A stretch of 64,000 nucleotides of DNA from positions 64,759 to 128,758 of the forward strand of contig CAYYQL010000005.1 of assembly GCA_964473825.1 (NCBI GenBank), written 5' to 3'. Below the pieces are notes generated by a model. It did not search any database. It was not told where the DNA came from and was given only the letters and a program-made list of their open reading frames with translations. Each line of letters starts with the position of its first letter. Position 1 is the stretch's first letter. A program made the position numbers and the translations under genes. Shown here in pieces: positions 20,293 through 31,688 of the stretch. Source of the stretch: an uncultured archaeon (GTDB taxonomy: Archaea; Asgardarchaeota; Thorarchaeia; Thorarchaeales; Thorarchaeaceae).

Positions 20293-21339
20293 ATGTACAG
20301 TATAGGAGACGCTACATCTTTGACATCAATAGATAAGAATGATATCGTATCGGGCAAAACGAGCATACTAATCACTGGAGGGGCAGGATATATCGGATCC
20401 GTTCTGACTCGAATCTTGCTTGAAGAGGGACATCATGTGACTGTCTATGACAAGATGCTATTCGGTAATGATTCAGTGGAAATTCTAAAACATTTTTATC
20501 CGCATTCCTTTGAGTTGGTCAAAGAAGATATAAGAAATCAAAAGGCCATCGAAGAGAGCATGGAGGAAAAGGACGCGATCGTTCATCTGGCAGCAATTGT
20601 GGGCGACCCAGCTTGCTCTGTGAGAGTACAAGAGGCAGTGGAAACAAACTATGAAGCAACGAAGGCCGTTGCGAGTCAGGCGAATGAACTAGGCGTGCCA
20701 CGACTGCTATTCGCATCAACATGCAGCGTCTACGGTGCAAGCGAAGATTGGCTTGATGAGGAAAGCGAAACGAATCCACTCTCGGTCTATGGCAGAACGA
20801 AAGTCAACGCAGAGCGTTTTCTCTTGGACAACCATATGAAAAACACGGACTCGATTGTCTTGCGACTCGGTACGATTTTTGGCCTATCACCCAGAATGCG
20901 ATTCGATCTCGTCGTCAATCATCTGGCGAGAAAAGCTGTCTTTGATGGCAAGATCAAGATATTTGGAGGCGGGCAATGGAGACCTTTCGTTCATGTAAGA
21001 GATGTCGCGCAAGTATTCTTTGAGCTACTTAGTAGACCCACTTGGAGCGATATTTCGGCTCAGGTATACAATGTCGGGTTTAATGAAAGCAATTACATGC
21101 TATCCGGCGTGGCTCGTAGCTTCCAGAAGGTATTTCCAGACCTAGAAGTTGCCTATGTGCCTGAAGCAGAGGACAAGAGGTCATATAGAGTCAGATTTGA
21201 TAAGATTCATGATGCACTTGACATCGAAGGGCCGAAAAGCTTGGAAGAAGGTGTTGCCGAGATAAAGAATGCCTTCTTGAACTGCTGCATAGTGGACCCC
21301 ACCATGCCTAAGTACTATAACTATAGGGCGTGGAGTTGA
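20293..21339 (+). CDS. NAD-dependent epimerase/dehydratase
   Basis: ITGGAGYIGS, HLAAIVGD, FASTCSVYG, YGRTK. Confidence 0.93.
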   Translation: MYSIGDATSLTSIDKNDIVSGKTSILITGGAGYIGSVLTRILLEEGHHVTVYDKMLFGNDSVEILKHFYPHSFELVKEDIRNQKAIEESMEEKDAIVHLAAIVGDPACSVRVQEAVETNYEATKAVASQANELGVPRLLFASTCSVYGASEDWLDEESETNPLSVYGRTKVNAERFLLDNHMKNTDSIVLRLGTIFGLSPRMRFDLVVNHLARKAVFDGKIKIFGGGQWRPFVHVRDVAQVFFELLSRPTWSDISAQVYNVGFNESNYMLSGVARSFQKVFPDLEVAYVPEAEDKRSYRVRFDKIHDALDIEGPKSLEEGVAEIKNAFLNCCIVDPTMPKYYNYRAWS

Positions 21340-21382
21340 TTATACGAAGTTCCCAAATACAGAGTGTGGGTGTATTGGAACA

Positions 21383-22042
21383 ATGAAAGAGAAACGCATA
21401 GTGATTGTTGGAACAGGACGTTTCGGTGCAGAAACTCTGGAACTGGCAAGACAGATTGCTCGATATCGGAAGAACATCAAGATTCTTGGATTCCTAGATG
21501 ACTACACTGAATCCAGAATGGTTTCAGCCTATCCCGTTCTTGGTGGCGTAGATGAAGCAAAGGAGTTGAGTGACGAAGAAGATGATGTGAGAGCAGTAGT
21601 AGCTATTGGAAACACAAGAAGAAAAAAGGGGGTTGTTGAAAGATATCAATCTGCAGGGCTTTCCTTCACGAACCTAATCCATCCCACTGCGATAATCCCC
21701 GAATCCGTAAGGATCGGAGAGGGGTGTATTGTCACTGCGGGATGCATATTCACTGTGGACATCGAAATTGGAAACCACGTAATCTTAAACCTTGGAACAA
21801 CTGTGGGGCACGATGCAAGAATAGGAAGCTACTGGACATTCAATCCACAAGTTGCCATAAATGGAAAAGACAGAATCGGGGAAGGGGTCTATCTTGGAAC
21901 AGGCGCCAAACTAATTCATGAAGTTTCTATAGGTGAATGGAGCCTAATAGGAGCAGGAGCTGTGGTCGTCAGTAATATCCCAAAAGGGGTTCTAGCGGTA
22001 GGTGTCCCTGCCAAGCCAATAAAGGAGAGGGCATATATCTAA
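21383..22042 (+). CDS. NeuD/PglD-family sugar acetyltransferase
   Basis: GFLDD, VAIGN, NLIHPTA, VGHD, GVPAK. Confidence 0.9.
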   Translation: MKEKRIVIVGTGRFGAETLELARQIARYRKNIKILGFLDDYTESRMVSAYPVLGGVDEAKELSDEEDDVRAVVAIGNTRRKKGVVERYQSAGLSFTNLIHPTAIIPESVRIGEGCIVTAGCIFTVDIEIGNHVILNLGTTVGHDARIGSYWTFNPQVAINGKDRIGEGVYLGTGAKLIHEVSIGEWSLIGAGAVVVSNIPKGVLAVGVPAKPIKERAYI

Positions 22043-22292
22043 CGATGCCAGTTGTACCAAAAATGCTCAATTGGACCCATGTGGATGACTACATCCGTTT
22101 GGTGGCGCACGAGGAGAATTGGGAGGGCAGAATGACTGAACGCTGAAAGGGCTGTGTTGTTAGTTTTAGGGAGAGGCCCTCTTGTATATTCGGTAGGATA
22201 ATATAGATGAATAGAAGACACAATCATAGTGTATCTCACAAGATAGATTGTAACCTGGCAACTAGCAGCGGAAATGGGAGGCTAATCATGAG

Positions 22293-23456
22293 ATGAGAGT
22301 GCTTCTAACAATGAATGCGGAGAGCTATTTCGCACCATTCTGGATTCGTGAATATCTTGACCACGGCGTTTCTGTAGATTTGGCTTCAACCTATTCATTG
22401 GAGAGAAATAAATGGATGAATCAGCAACATCTACAAGATGTGAATACAGACCTTACAGAGATTAATGCAAAGGTACCTCTCCTGAACTGGAAAAGACTTG
22501 ATTATCTGCTGTTAGGTGCGAAATTGGTTACAAGAAGTAGGAGGGAGAACTACGATGCTTTACATGTTCATTCACTTGATATTCGAGGGGTTCTCGCCAA
22601 TTTTTCATCATTCAAAAAGCTCATACTATCACCCTATGGTTCAGATGTTTTTCAAACGAATAAATGGAGAATAGCACCATTATTAGATAATGTTACTGTT
22701 TCGCTTATGAGAAGAATACTCAACAAAGCGAACCTGATTCTACCCACATCAGACCATATGTCGGAAACACTCCAAAATGAGTATGGGGTGAATCCGTCAA
22801 GAATATATACCAAATCATGGGGGGTCAACATTCAAGAATGGAAAAGTGCAATCCCACCCCCGGATTTCATAGAGAACATAACACAAGGAATTGAGCCAGC
22901 AAGAGTGGTCTTTTTCTCATACCGGACGGCAAGAGAGCATTATCGGCTACACTGGTTGCCCATGATTCACAAGGCTTTGGAATCGAGGGGCGTTAAATCT
23001 CATTTCATATATGTTCTACGAGGAGAAACATCAAGAGAGTACCTCGACAGGTTGGTTTCAGAAATACGAGATTTCAGTTTAGATTGCCATTCAACGTTGA
23101 TTTTCAATTCTATCCATCTAAATCAACTAAAAGGTTTGCTTGAATTATCAGATTACTTCTTCTCTATACCAACTTGGGATCAGCTATCTGCAACACTACT
23201 TGAGGGGATGTACTGTGGTTCTATTCCGATTGTGTCACCAATGCCAGCATATGCTGAAGTGTTAGACAGAAGCCGTGCAGTGGTGGCGGACACTATCAAG
23301 GGCTTCATACAGGGAATAGGCACTGCTGTAAAACAGGGAATGCACAAGGACCGTCAGACAATTGCGTCGAACCGACTTGTAGTCCAAATAGACCATGACC
23401 GGGAGAAAAACATGAACATGATTATGGATAGAATAGTGGATACAATTCGCAATTGA
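22293..23456 (+). CDS. Glycosyltransferase family 4 (GT-B)
   Basis: LHVH, SPYGSD, DQLSATLLEGMYCG. Confidence 0.8.
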   Translation: MRVLLTMNAESYFAPFWIREYLDHGVSVDLASTYSLERNKWMNQQHLQDVNTDLTEINAKVPLLNWKRLDYLLLGAKLVTRSRRENYDALHVHSLDIRGVLANFSSFKKLILSPYGSDVFQTNKWRIAPLLDNVTVSLMRRILNKANLILPTSDHMSETLQNEYGVNPSRIYTKSWGVNIQEWKSAIPPPDFIENITQGIEPARVVFFSYRTAREHYRLHWLPMIHKALESRGVKSHFIYVLRGETSREYLDRLVSEIRDFSLDCHSTLIFNSIHLNQLKGLLELSDYFFSIPTWDQLSATLLEGMYCGSIPIVSPMPAYAEVLDRSRAVVADTIKGFIQGIGTAVKQGMHKDRQTIASNRLVVQIDHDREKNMNMIMDRIVDTIRN

Positions 23457-23589
23457 TAGGCAGGCTGATTCTCACCGGTTCGAACCCGGAATGGAAGGGC
23501 ACTCATTGACGTGGATTTGAATGGAGTGTTTCTAACTCAGAATAGCTTAAGGAGAACAACTTCATTTTGTCGTTGCTAGTGGTGCATTG

Positions 23590-24531
23590 CTAGAGAGAAA
23601 CACCTGTGCCGACAGCCAATCTGAATATAAGCCAGTCAGTGGAACAGCCGGGAGGACCAGCTCCCTTTCTGGGGATTCGATAGATATCAGATAATCTTGA
23701 AATCCAAGTATCTTGAGTTCCTACGCCAGACTTGAATCCTGCAAGCTTGACAATTGCAGCTTCTCTTGCGGTGAAGCGGCCGAGTGGATATGCAAAATGG
23801 TCTACAGGGAGCTCGAGTAGATCTTCTAACTCCTCTTTTGAGCCCTCAATCTCTGCCCTGCACGCTTCCAAGGGCAGCATAGTGAGATCGGAATGGTGTA
23901 CAGAGTGGGCTCCGAGAGTCATCATTGAGCATTCTCCAACTTCCCTCAGCTGATCCAGAGTCATTCCGACACTGATTTCATATCCCATTCTCAATGCCTG
24001 TCTTCTATTCTCGGGAATAACAGACTGGCGGCTCCCGACAGGATGTCTACCCCTCTTGTTACGAATAACTCGCAAATCGGTTTTTCGCGAATACCACATC
24101 TCAGCATCAACTAATGCTGAAGGAACATAGCATATTGCGGGTATGCCCAACTCCCGGAGAATAGGATATGCATCATGATAGAATGAGCTTAAGCCATCGT
24201 CAAAGGTGATTGCAACACAGGGATGAGAGGGATATGAGCCAGTCCTGATAATGTCCACCACTTCTTCAATGGACAAGAAAGAGAAATTGTGAAACAAGAA
24301 GTCCATGTGCTTCCTGAAGCTTTCGCGCTGCACATCGTGATACATCAGTACTACAACATGCGATTCACTGCATCTCAAGCGTCCCCCGAAGGCTGCCTTG
24401 AGAACTCCAGTGTGATTTGCCAAGCCAAGTATATGTTCAAATGCGCGTCGCCACATGGCCTCTGCATGTATGGATTCGCCTTTTATTTCCTGTTGAAAGC
24501 ATAGAAAAACGGGCCAAGAGGAGGAAATCAA
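23590..24531 (-). CDS. Polysaccharide deacetylase (CE4/NodB)
   Basis: LMYH, ITFDDG, GAHSVHH, FAYPLG; the true start may be downstream of 24531. Confidence 0.9.
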   Translation of the reverse strand: MISSSWPVFLCFQQEIKGESIHAEAMWRRAFEHILGLANHTGVLKAAFGGRLRCSESHVVVLMYHDVQRESFRKHMDFLFHNFSFLSIEEVVDIIRTGSYPSHPCVAITFDDGLSSFYHDAYPILRELGIPAICYVPSALVDAEMWYSRKTDLRVIRNKRGRHPVGSRQSVIPENRRQALRMGYEISVGMTLDQLREVGECSMMTLGAHSVHHSDLTMLPLEACRAEIEGSKEELEDLLELPVDHFAYPLGRFTAREAAIVKLAGFKSGVGTQDTWISRLSDIYRIPRKGAGPPGCSTDWLIFRLAVGTGVSL

Positions 24532-24560
24532 ACACGCTAAATAGGCAACTCGTGAGTATG

Positions 24561-25545
24561 GGCTCTGTACGAAAAGTCACCCTCCTGCACACTCCAAGAA
24601 GGTGAGTCGCTCTATATTATGAAGCACGACCTTGATTAATAACTCGCGACGTTGTTCTCTGAATCCTCGTGACCTTAGACTCTCCGTGAACCTCACCTTC
24701 AGCATCCCGAACACAGTTTCGGCTAGACTCCTCTTTCCATACTCATGAACCCGCTTCCACTCATCAGGGTCTGCTCGATAGGCACTGATCAACTCCCTGT
24801 ATCCTCGATGGCCTCGGGATCGAGCTCGCAACCTCTTCTTCGGTTCAATGGAGGGGTATGCTCCAAGGTCATGGATGCACTGGACGTTCTGTAGTGAGAT
24901 GTAGGCCCTGTCACCATAGACGGTCTCAAGTCTCCTGCAATCCACCCTTCTCACAAGTGAAACCAGACGTTTGGATCACCACCTGGTCGTGCACTTACTC
25001 TAGCTGCGGTGATTATCAGGGTGTCGGTGTCAACCGCGTTCTGGAGGGCATGGAACCGGCGTCTACGCGTCCTCTTGAACCGGAGGGTCATCCTCTCTCC
25101 ACCAGAGGAGTGAGAGAACCCTGAATAGTCCACAGCAATCGTCTCTGGAGGAGAGCGCCTGCTGGCAAGGAGCTGGCACATCTGATGGAAACGCTGGGGG
25201 TCCAACCGCTTCACTGCCTTCTGGAGGAGAGAGAAGTGAAGGGCTCGCTCCAGTCCAAGTCGCTGAAGCAGGGCAGTGTTGAAGGTGAGAGTCGCAATAA
25301 AGTCACGATAGCCAAGACCGGTGTCAAACTTGAGTCCGAGGAGGACAAAGAGCATGGGAAGAGGGAACTCAACAGGACGTCCATGCCGGAATCTCGTATC
25401 GGGAACAGTATTGCAAAGGCTCATAAGCTCAGCAAGAAGAAAGTGATAGCGGCGAGCTTTGGCCGCGTTGTATGAGACATCGTAGCACATGAATCATGTG
25501 ACGGGGTCAGTTCGCCTCTTAATTCGTGTATTATTCTACAGAGCC
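24561..25545 (-). mobile_element. IS5-family (IS903-like) element, transposase frameshifted
   Basis: Terminal GGCTCTGTA inverted repeats. 9-bp target duplication GTGAGTATG/GTAAGTATG. DDE fragments at 24951-25490 and 24577-24954 (AVD-SG, GDRAY, RSLAET). Confidence 0.93.
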
Positions 25546-25633
25546 GTAAGTATGTGACGGTTCATATATCGCTGAAAGGACTTCTGACCTATCGACGCAC
25601 TAGCTTCATAAGAAAATCTGGTTCCATATCATC

Positions 25634-26557
25634 GTGAGAAAGATAATGACAACTGGAATGAAGGAAGTGCCCGAAGCAACAATAGTTGTGGGATGTCACC
25701 GGAGCGGTACAACAATCTTCTTCAGACTTCTCGGCTTTCATCCATCATTTGGATGGCCATCCCAGTATACGGACAAGCTTCCAAGCGTTCCCGCACTTGC
25801 CCTTTTGTCACGCATCTATGACTTGCCTTTCGTAGGACCTATTCTCCGAAGAAGACAGGAATATTTCAGGTTTCTTCCGAAACCTGTTGAGCCAGGAAAG
25901 ACTTGGTCTAATATCGACCCACAATTCCACATTCTTAGAGTCCAAGGCGGCGGAAGGACTGTCAAACCGTACCAACCCAAGGATGACGTAGTCTGCAAGT
26001 CCAAGGGCTATACAGCATCTCTAGCGAAGTGGCAAGGAAAAAGGAAAGTGGCTCTCAAGTTCACAACTCGACCAGATGTGGGCCATCTGAGATTGCTTTT
26101 CGAGGAACCTCAATTCATTCATGTTAGACGAAATCCTTTGGCCGTTGTCAATTCCTTGCTGAACAAAGTCAATTCTGGCGAATGGTTCGCAGAAGAAGCA
26201 AGACTAAGAATCATGAAATTGTTCCCAGAGGAGTACGTTAGTTATATAGAAACCTCGGAAGATTATATACTGGCATTCCTGTCTTGCTACTACTGCTATG
26301 TTGTCAACTCCCTTGAAGAGAAACTAGAACCACTTTACGGTAGTACATCCATGAAAGTGCTATATGAAGATTTCATAACAAAAACTGCAAGTGTGTTTCA
26401 GGAGGTCACGGAGTTTTTGCAAATCGAGTGGATGAAAGAATATCGTCAGTTCCTGTCTTCTAGAATCCTAGAGAACCGCAACTACAAGTGCCACGACCTT
26501 GACCATGAAACGCGTAGGTTCATCGCCGATACAGTTGACCGGTTCCTAAGGTACTAG
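25634..26557 (+). CDS. PAPS-dependent sulfotransferase family protein
   Basis: 5'-PSB motif GCHRSGTT, 3'-PB motif IHVRRNPLAVVNS, YEDF. Confidence 0.88.
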   Translation: MRKIMTTGMKEVPEATIVVGCHRSGTTIFFRLLGFHPSFGWPSQYTDKLPSVPALALLSRIYDLPFVGPILRRRQEYFRFLPKPVEPGKTWSNIDPQFHILRVQGGGRTVKPYQPKDDVVCKSKGYTASLAKWQGKRKVALKFTTRPDVGHLRLLFEEPQFIHVRRNPLAVVNSLLNKVNSGEWFAEEARLRIMKLFPEEYVSYIETSEDYILAFLSCYYCYVVNSLEEKLEPLYGSTSMKVLYEDFITKTASVFQEVTEFLQIEWMKEYRQFLSSRILENRNYKCHDLDHETRRFIADTVDRFLRY

Positions 26558-26803
26558 AATTATCCTTGCAGGCGTCATGATATGGGAAAGAATGGGAACA
26601 AAGCGGCATTTCAACTGAGATTTTGCTGGAAGACACAGTTGAGTTTTCGACTGTAAGAAAGCTCAAGAATCCATCGTGAACAAGAGAGAGGATTATCCTA
26701 GACGCACAGTCCTACTCTAGAAAGGTCCTCTCAACAAACAGCCAGAAGGAGGAGATGGGACTCAGAGAGCAGTAATCTTCGGAGAGAGCCGGCTAACCCT
26801 TCA

Positions 26804-28738
26804 TCATGGAAGCCTGAAGAGACTCATCTGTTCACCCTCAAAGACCAACTCGCATGCTGCAGGAGCTGAATAGAGGATATTGGAAAACCAAGAGAGGTAC
26901 TGGTTTCTGTAGTTGGGGTTGTATCCAATGGGTGTCTTCTCCACAACGACATGGGTCAACCTTAAGGTTCTTGCCTCCTGAAGTTGGCTCAGGTTTTGAA
27001 GATCAAGGTCCGTCAGTTTGCGGAAGAGATCAATTTCAGGTGAAACACCCGAATAATCGAATGGTATGCCCTTGTATGGCACCCTTGAAAGGTTTATTGT
27101 GATTCGGCTCAGCATCGCTTCGGGGGAAGCCCAACCGAAATAGAAGATTGCATCTTCGTTATCTGATCGCAGTGCGGCATATCCAAATGCTTGAAGGCGT
27201 CTCCCGACGACCGGTGTGAACACAAATACAATATTCACATTCTCTTCTGAAAGATGGCTTGCGACAGCTTGTTCATCGCTTGTTAGGTATCCATAGTCCT
27301 TTTGCAGCATCAATCCATTATAAGAAACTAGGGAGAATGAAACAATGACAAGAATAACACCCACAATTGCCTCCCTTCCAGCATTAACAGATGGTTTCTC
27401 TAGAGGAGTCGAAACAATTTTGTACACATGCTGAAGTACTAGGCCAATCAAAACTGCCATCGAGAAAATCACTGCCCAATCATAACCCTCTAGGATGACT
27501 GTAATGTAACTGACTGATAGAATGGAGGCAAAAATGCCCAACACCAGTCCAAGATAACACGAACTGATTCTACTCTCTAAATATGAGAAGCCTTCCACGG
27601 AATAATATGCCGTTACAGGTAGAAAGAGCACAGATGAATATACGCTCACCGGCATAAAGAGAAAGACGGTTGGAATGAGTATGAGTTGAAGGGCTCGTCG
27701 TCTTGATGCTTGCTGCTTGACTCCAACAAGGATGCCAATTGGAAAGAAGATGCTGAAGATTCCCAATCTGAAACCGTAGTCAATAATCAGGTTGACTGTA
27801 GCCCCAAGAAACGTGTCATTCGTAAGGAAAAGCTCCGTAGTTCTGTATGGTGACACTGGAAGCAGTATTAGTCCAAGGAGGTATGCAGCGGCACAACTCC
27901 CGAGGAGCAAAAGTAGATATGCGCCTTGGAACGCAGATTCTTCGTCAAACTGAATTCTATGGAATGATGTAGAAGTACTGGTCCTAACTTGAGTTTGAAG
28001 GGCGTATTTCGAAGCAATACTATGCATGTAATTCAGAATCTTATCAAGGACCCCATATTCCAACAGAAGAGCATAAGCAGTGTACACAAGAAAATAGATT
28101 AGGACGAAAAAGGCAAGCGTATGGAACAAGAGCATAAGAACGAACAAGAGGAATATTTTGAATAGGAGGCGCCTTTCTCTCTTTCTAGTGTACTCTATTG
28201 ACGTTGATAGCAACCAAGGTAATAAAGCTAGTATTGGTGCTCTGGCGGAAACTGTGAATGTCGTTGTGAAAGTGAACATCCGACTGAAAACATAGACAGC
28301 AGTGAAGAGAACAGACTCTTCTTTTCTGGAGAAAAGAGAGGTGCCTAGATGATATGCCCCGACAATCCCAATACAGGTCCATGCAATTGAGATAAGAAGA
28401 GCAATCTGTGCGAATTCCAGGCCGATGCGTATCAGGAATCCCATCAGTACCGCCGTTCCGAGCGGATATTTAGCAAACGGAAAGAATCCAAAGGGTGACA
28501 AAGGGGAAAGCAACCAGTTGATATAGTAACCCTCACTAGCTATGTGGCCCATCCATAAAACGACAAACCCATCATTGCCTACAATCCCCGGAAAACGAGG
28601 AATCCTAAGAACCATAATGATGATGAAGACTAGAAGAAATAGTTTGTTCTCCATAATCCAAGATCCAAGACGATCTAGATAATCCACTGTTCTCGTTCTC
28701 CGTGTCGTCTGTGTTGATATGTGTTTCTCGGCAGTCAA
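26804..28738 (-). CDS. Multi-pass membrane protein, putative GT-C/polymerase-like
   Basis: More than 10 TM segments, first-loop Asp (GNDGF), C-terminal soluble domain; located next to a flippase. Confidence 0.7.
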   Translation of the reverse strand: MTAEKHISTQTTRRTRTVDYLDRLGSWIMENKLFLLVFIIIMVLRIPRFPGIVGNDGFVVLWMGHIASEGYYINWLLSPLSPFGFFPFAKYPLGTAVLMGFLIRIGLEFAQIALLISIAWTCIGIVGAYHLGTSLFSRKEESVLFTAVYVFSRMFTFTTTFTVSARAPILALLPWLLSTSIEYTRKRERRLLFKIFLLFVLMLLFHTLAFFVLIYFLVYTAYALLLEYGVLDKILNYMHSIASKYALQTQVRTSTSTSFHRIQFDEESAFQGAYLLLLLGSCAAAYLLGLILLPVSPYRTTELFLTNDTFLGATVNLIIDYGFRLGIFSIFFPIGILVGVKQQASRRRALQLILIPTVFLFMPVSVYSSVLFLPVTAYYSVEGFSYLESRISSCYLGLVLGIFASILSVSYITVILEGYDWAVIFSMAVLIGLVLQHVYKIVSTPLEKPSVNAGREAIVGVILVIVSFSLVSYNGLMLQKDYGYLTSDEQAVASHLSEENVNIVFVFTPVVGRRLQAFGYAALRSDNEDAIFYFGWASPEAMLSRITINLSRVPYKGIPFDYSGVSPEIDLFRKLTDLDLQNLSQLQEARTLRLTHVVVEKTPIGYNPNYRNQYLSWFSNILYSAPAACELVFEGEQMSLFRLP

Positions 28739-28761
28739 GTTATAAGAATATTGAATCCAAG

Positions 28762-29742
28762 GGCTTTCTAGAAAAAGTCACTTCCTCCTACACTCCATAT
28801 GGTCAGTTGTTCGATGTTGTGGGGAATCCGTTTATCAACAATTCTTGTCGCTGGTGTCCATAACCTCTCGCACTCAACCTCTCCCCGAATCGCTGCTTCA
28901 GCACCCCAAAGACCGTTTCCGCAAGGCTCCTCGACCCATACTCATGAACATGCTTACATTCCTCAGCTTTGGTCTGATACTCCCCAATCAGCTCCTTGTA
29001 GCGGCGGTACCCTCATGACTGGGCTCTTAGTCGCGTCTTTGGTTCGATGGCTGGATATGCCCCCGGTCACGGGTGTATTGGATATTCTCTCGTGAGATGT
29101 AGGCCTTCTCGCCGTAGACCACATCAAGAGCTGTAGGTGTGACTCTTCTCGCAAGAGCTCTCATGTGTTTTGCATCTCCTCCAAGTCGTGCAGTGTCCCT
29201 AGTGGCAAGGACCTCAAGGGTATCAGTGTCCACCGAGTTGTGAAGGGCATGGAAACGGCGTTTCCGCGTCGTTTTGCATCTGAAGCTGATCCACTGGATT
29301 ACTGGAGTGAGAGAACCCTGAGGACTTCACTGCGATCTTGTTGGGAGGGGGACGTTTGCAGGCAAGAAGTTGGTACATCTGTTGGAACGAGTGTGTGTCC
29401 AGTCGTGTTACTGTCTCTTGGAGAAAAGAGAAGCGGCGGGCTCGCGAGAATTCCGGTTTCGCCAGGAGGGTGAGCTCGAACTCAAGATGAGCGATGAAGT
29501 CACGATACCCAAGACCCAGATCAACTTCGAGTCCTAGGAGGACAAAGAGGAGGGGGAGGGAAAGCTCAACTGGGCGACCACGATGATGCCTGTGGTCTGG
29601 GGTCGTGTTGCAAAGTCTGATAAGCTCCTTGAGGAGAAAGTGATAACGGCGAGTCTTGGCCGCATCATGTAATGCATAGTAGTTCATGACTCATGTGACA
29701 CGGTCAATTCGCCTCTGAATTCTCGTGTTATTCCACATAGCC
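28762..29742 (-). mobile_element. Degenerate IS5-family (IS903-like) element
   Basis: Homologous to the other two copies. Eroded IRs (GGCTTTCTAGAAAAAGTC / ...CACATAGCC), flanks GAATCCAAG/AGATTCAAG, multiple frameshifts. Confidence 0.88.
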
Positions 29743-29873
29743 AGATTCAAGCATGCTCCCTAGAAGAAACTAGCAGAAAGAATAATGATTGACATTCTCC
29801 ATTGATGACTGATTCGTGTGATCTGTTGGATTCTCACAGACTCATCAGAAAGAGCATAGGCTATTATTAGTAC

Positions 29874-31388
29874 CTAGTTGCTCCTTTGGTTGCTTTTCTT
29901 CTCGCCTTGAACAATTCCAAGTCCCATTTTGATCAAGCGAATAATTCGTTTCTGCGTCAGAATATCCATTTGATTCACAATGAATATGTATACGAACAAG
30001 GACAACACATGAGGTATCAAGGAAGGTAGACCAACGGTTATAAGAACCTGATAGAGAACGAGTCCCGCCATAAACGCCAGAATGGGAATCATGAAGGAAC
30101 GGGTACGAACCGCTATTGGGTGAGCCCGGTTCCCATAGGAATAATTTGAAGCCATTACCACTAGAGAATGAACAACCATTGCGACACCCGCGCCTATTAT
30201 TCCGATTAGTGGAATTGCGAAATAGCAGATGGTCATAAGTGGCAGAAGAGAGAACACATAGATGAACGCGATGGTTTTCGTTCGCTTTGCCAGATTGAGC
30301 TGAAGCTTCCAAAACTGTGAGAACTCTGAAATCAAAGCGGCAACAACTGTCAAGGGTAGGACTAGAGCTGCAGCAATGTAGTCCGAAGTGGATATCACTA
30401 GCACTAGCTCACGAGAGAAAGCAATTGCAGTCAAAGCCCCCAACATCGAGATGGAAAGGAAGAGTGGTACAAGTTTCGTTGTTAGATCCCGTCCTTTGTC
30501 GAAGTCGCCTAATTCGAAATTCTTAACCTGATAAGCTTGGTATGCAGTGAAAAATGGATTCAAAACTGATGAAAAGAGACTCGCTACCGAAATAGCTACT
30601 GCCCAAGTGGCGGCATAATCGAGTCCATTCCAGAGGGATACGCTGAAAGTTGTGAGAAATGGAACTGCTAAACGAGCTGAATCGCCGACTGTTTCTGGGA
30701 TCCCATAGGAGGCGACTTTCTTGAAACAACCACTACTTGGGCTAGTCAAGCCATACTGACGAACCTTGATGAGCAGAGTAAGAATCACAGGAAAGCCATA
30801 ACCCAATACTACTCCAAGTAAAACTGCAAGAAGGGACTGATAGAAGTACGCAAATGCTATTGTAGTCAGAACTGAGGATAGGCCATAAGCAACATTGAAT
30901 GTCAGAATCTCCTTTGAATTCTGTTCGGAACCAGATGTTGCCAAGACAATTCGCATCAAAGCGAAACTACCTGCTATCAGCAGAGATATAGATGCAGCAG
31001 GAAGATAGAGATTGCTGTCCAAAAACCCAACGCTTCCAATCAAGTGGAGCGCCAGGACTGGTAGCCCAATCAAACAGAGCACAAGGCAACTACCAATGAT
31101 TGCCGTCGACAGGAGTGTTGGACTCTCCCTTGAATCAGAATAACGTAGCTTCTGCAGAAATCTCCAAATTGAAGCAACAAACGTGCCATAAGAGAGAGCG
31201 GCCAGTAGAGTGGCCAGTGAAATCCATAGAGAGAACTCACCATAGACGGCTTGGGGCAGAAGAATTGTGAGAATCTTCATCTGAACCAAGCTCGTCCCTT
31301 TGAGAGATATTTTCGCGATTGTATTCGCGGAGGCGTGAAGGCCAAACTTGTTCCTTAGCGATTCCTCTTTGAAACGGGCGTTCGACAT
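29874..31388 (-). CDS. Oligosaccharide/polysaccharide flippase (Wzx/MOP)
   Basis: About 14 TM helices; LTILLPQAVYG and IPLIGIIGAGVA patterns. Confidence 0.85.
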   Translation of the reverse strand: MSNARFKEESLRNKFGLHASANTIAKISLKGTSLVQMKILTILLPQAVYGEFSLWISLATLLAALSYGTFVASIWRFLQKLRYSDSRESPTLLSTAIIGSCLVLCLIGLPVLALHLIGSVGFLDSNLYLPAASISLLIAGSFALMRIVLATSGSEQNSKEILTFNVAYGLSSVLTTIAFAYFYQSLLAVLLGVVLGYGFPVILTLLIKVRQYGLTSPSSGCFKKVASYGIPETVGDSARLAVPFLTTFSVSLWNGLDYAATWAVAISVASLFSSVLNPFFTAYQAYQVKNFELGDFDKGRDLTTKLVPLFLSISMLGALTAIAFSRELVLVISTSDYIAAALVLPLTVVAALISEFSQFWKLQLNLAKRTKTIAFIYVFSLLPLMTICYFAIPLIGIIGAGVAMVVHSLVVMASNYSYGNRAHPIAVRTRSFMIPILAFMAGLVLYQVLITVGLPSLIPHVLSLFVYIFIVNQMDILTQKRIIRLIKMGLGIVQGEKKSNQRSN

Positions 31389-31688
31389 CTCATTTCGTAC
31401 TCCTTGTCGAAGCTTAGTTCTTGATGTCGTTATTCAGCATTTCCATGTGGTCCCAATGTTCCGAATCAAACCACACAATCGATTCTCTTTTCTGAAACAA
31501 GCAGTGAGTGCCCGGAGGACATTTCGGACGTGAGTTGAAATCTCATTTGACTAGGTCATTCCACTTGTATCGTAGAAACCTGAGTTTCCCTGTTTGGCGA
31601 TAGAAACGGGAACTATTACAAAAGAGTTCCCTTGGTCGCAGACTATCGAGCAAGCTTTATTACATGATGGCGTTTTGACTCGACATGA

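Noticed and set aside
23474-23491. CCGGTTCGAACCCGG resembles a tRNA T-arm
   Set aside because: No acceptor, D or anticodon arms can be folded around it. At most it is a small hairpin between convergent genes.
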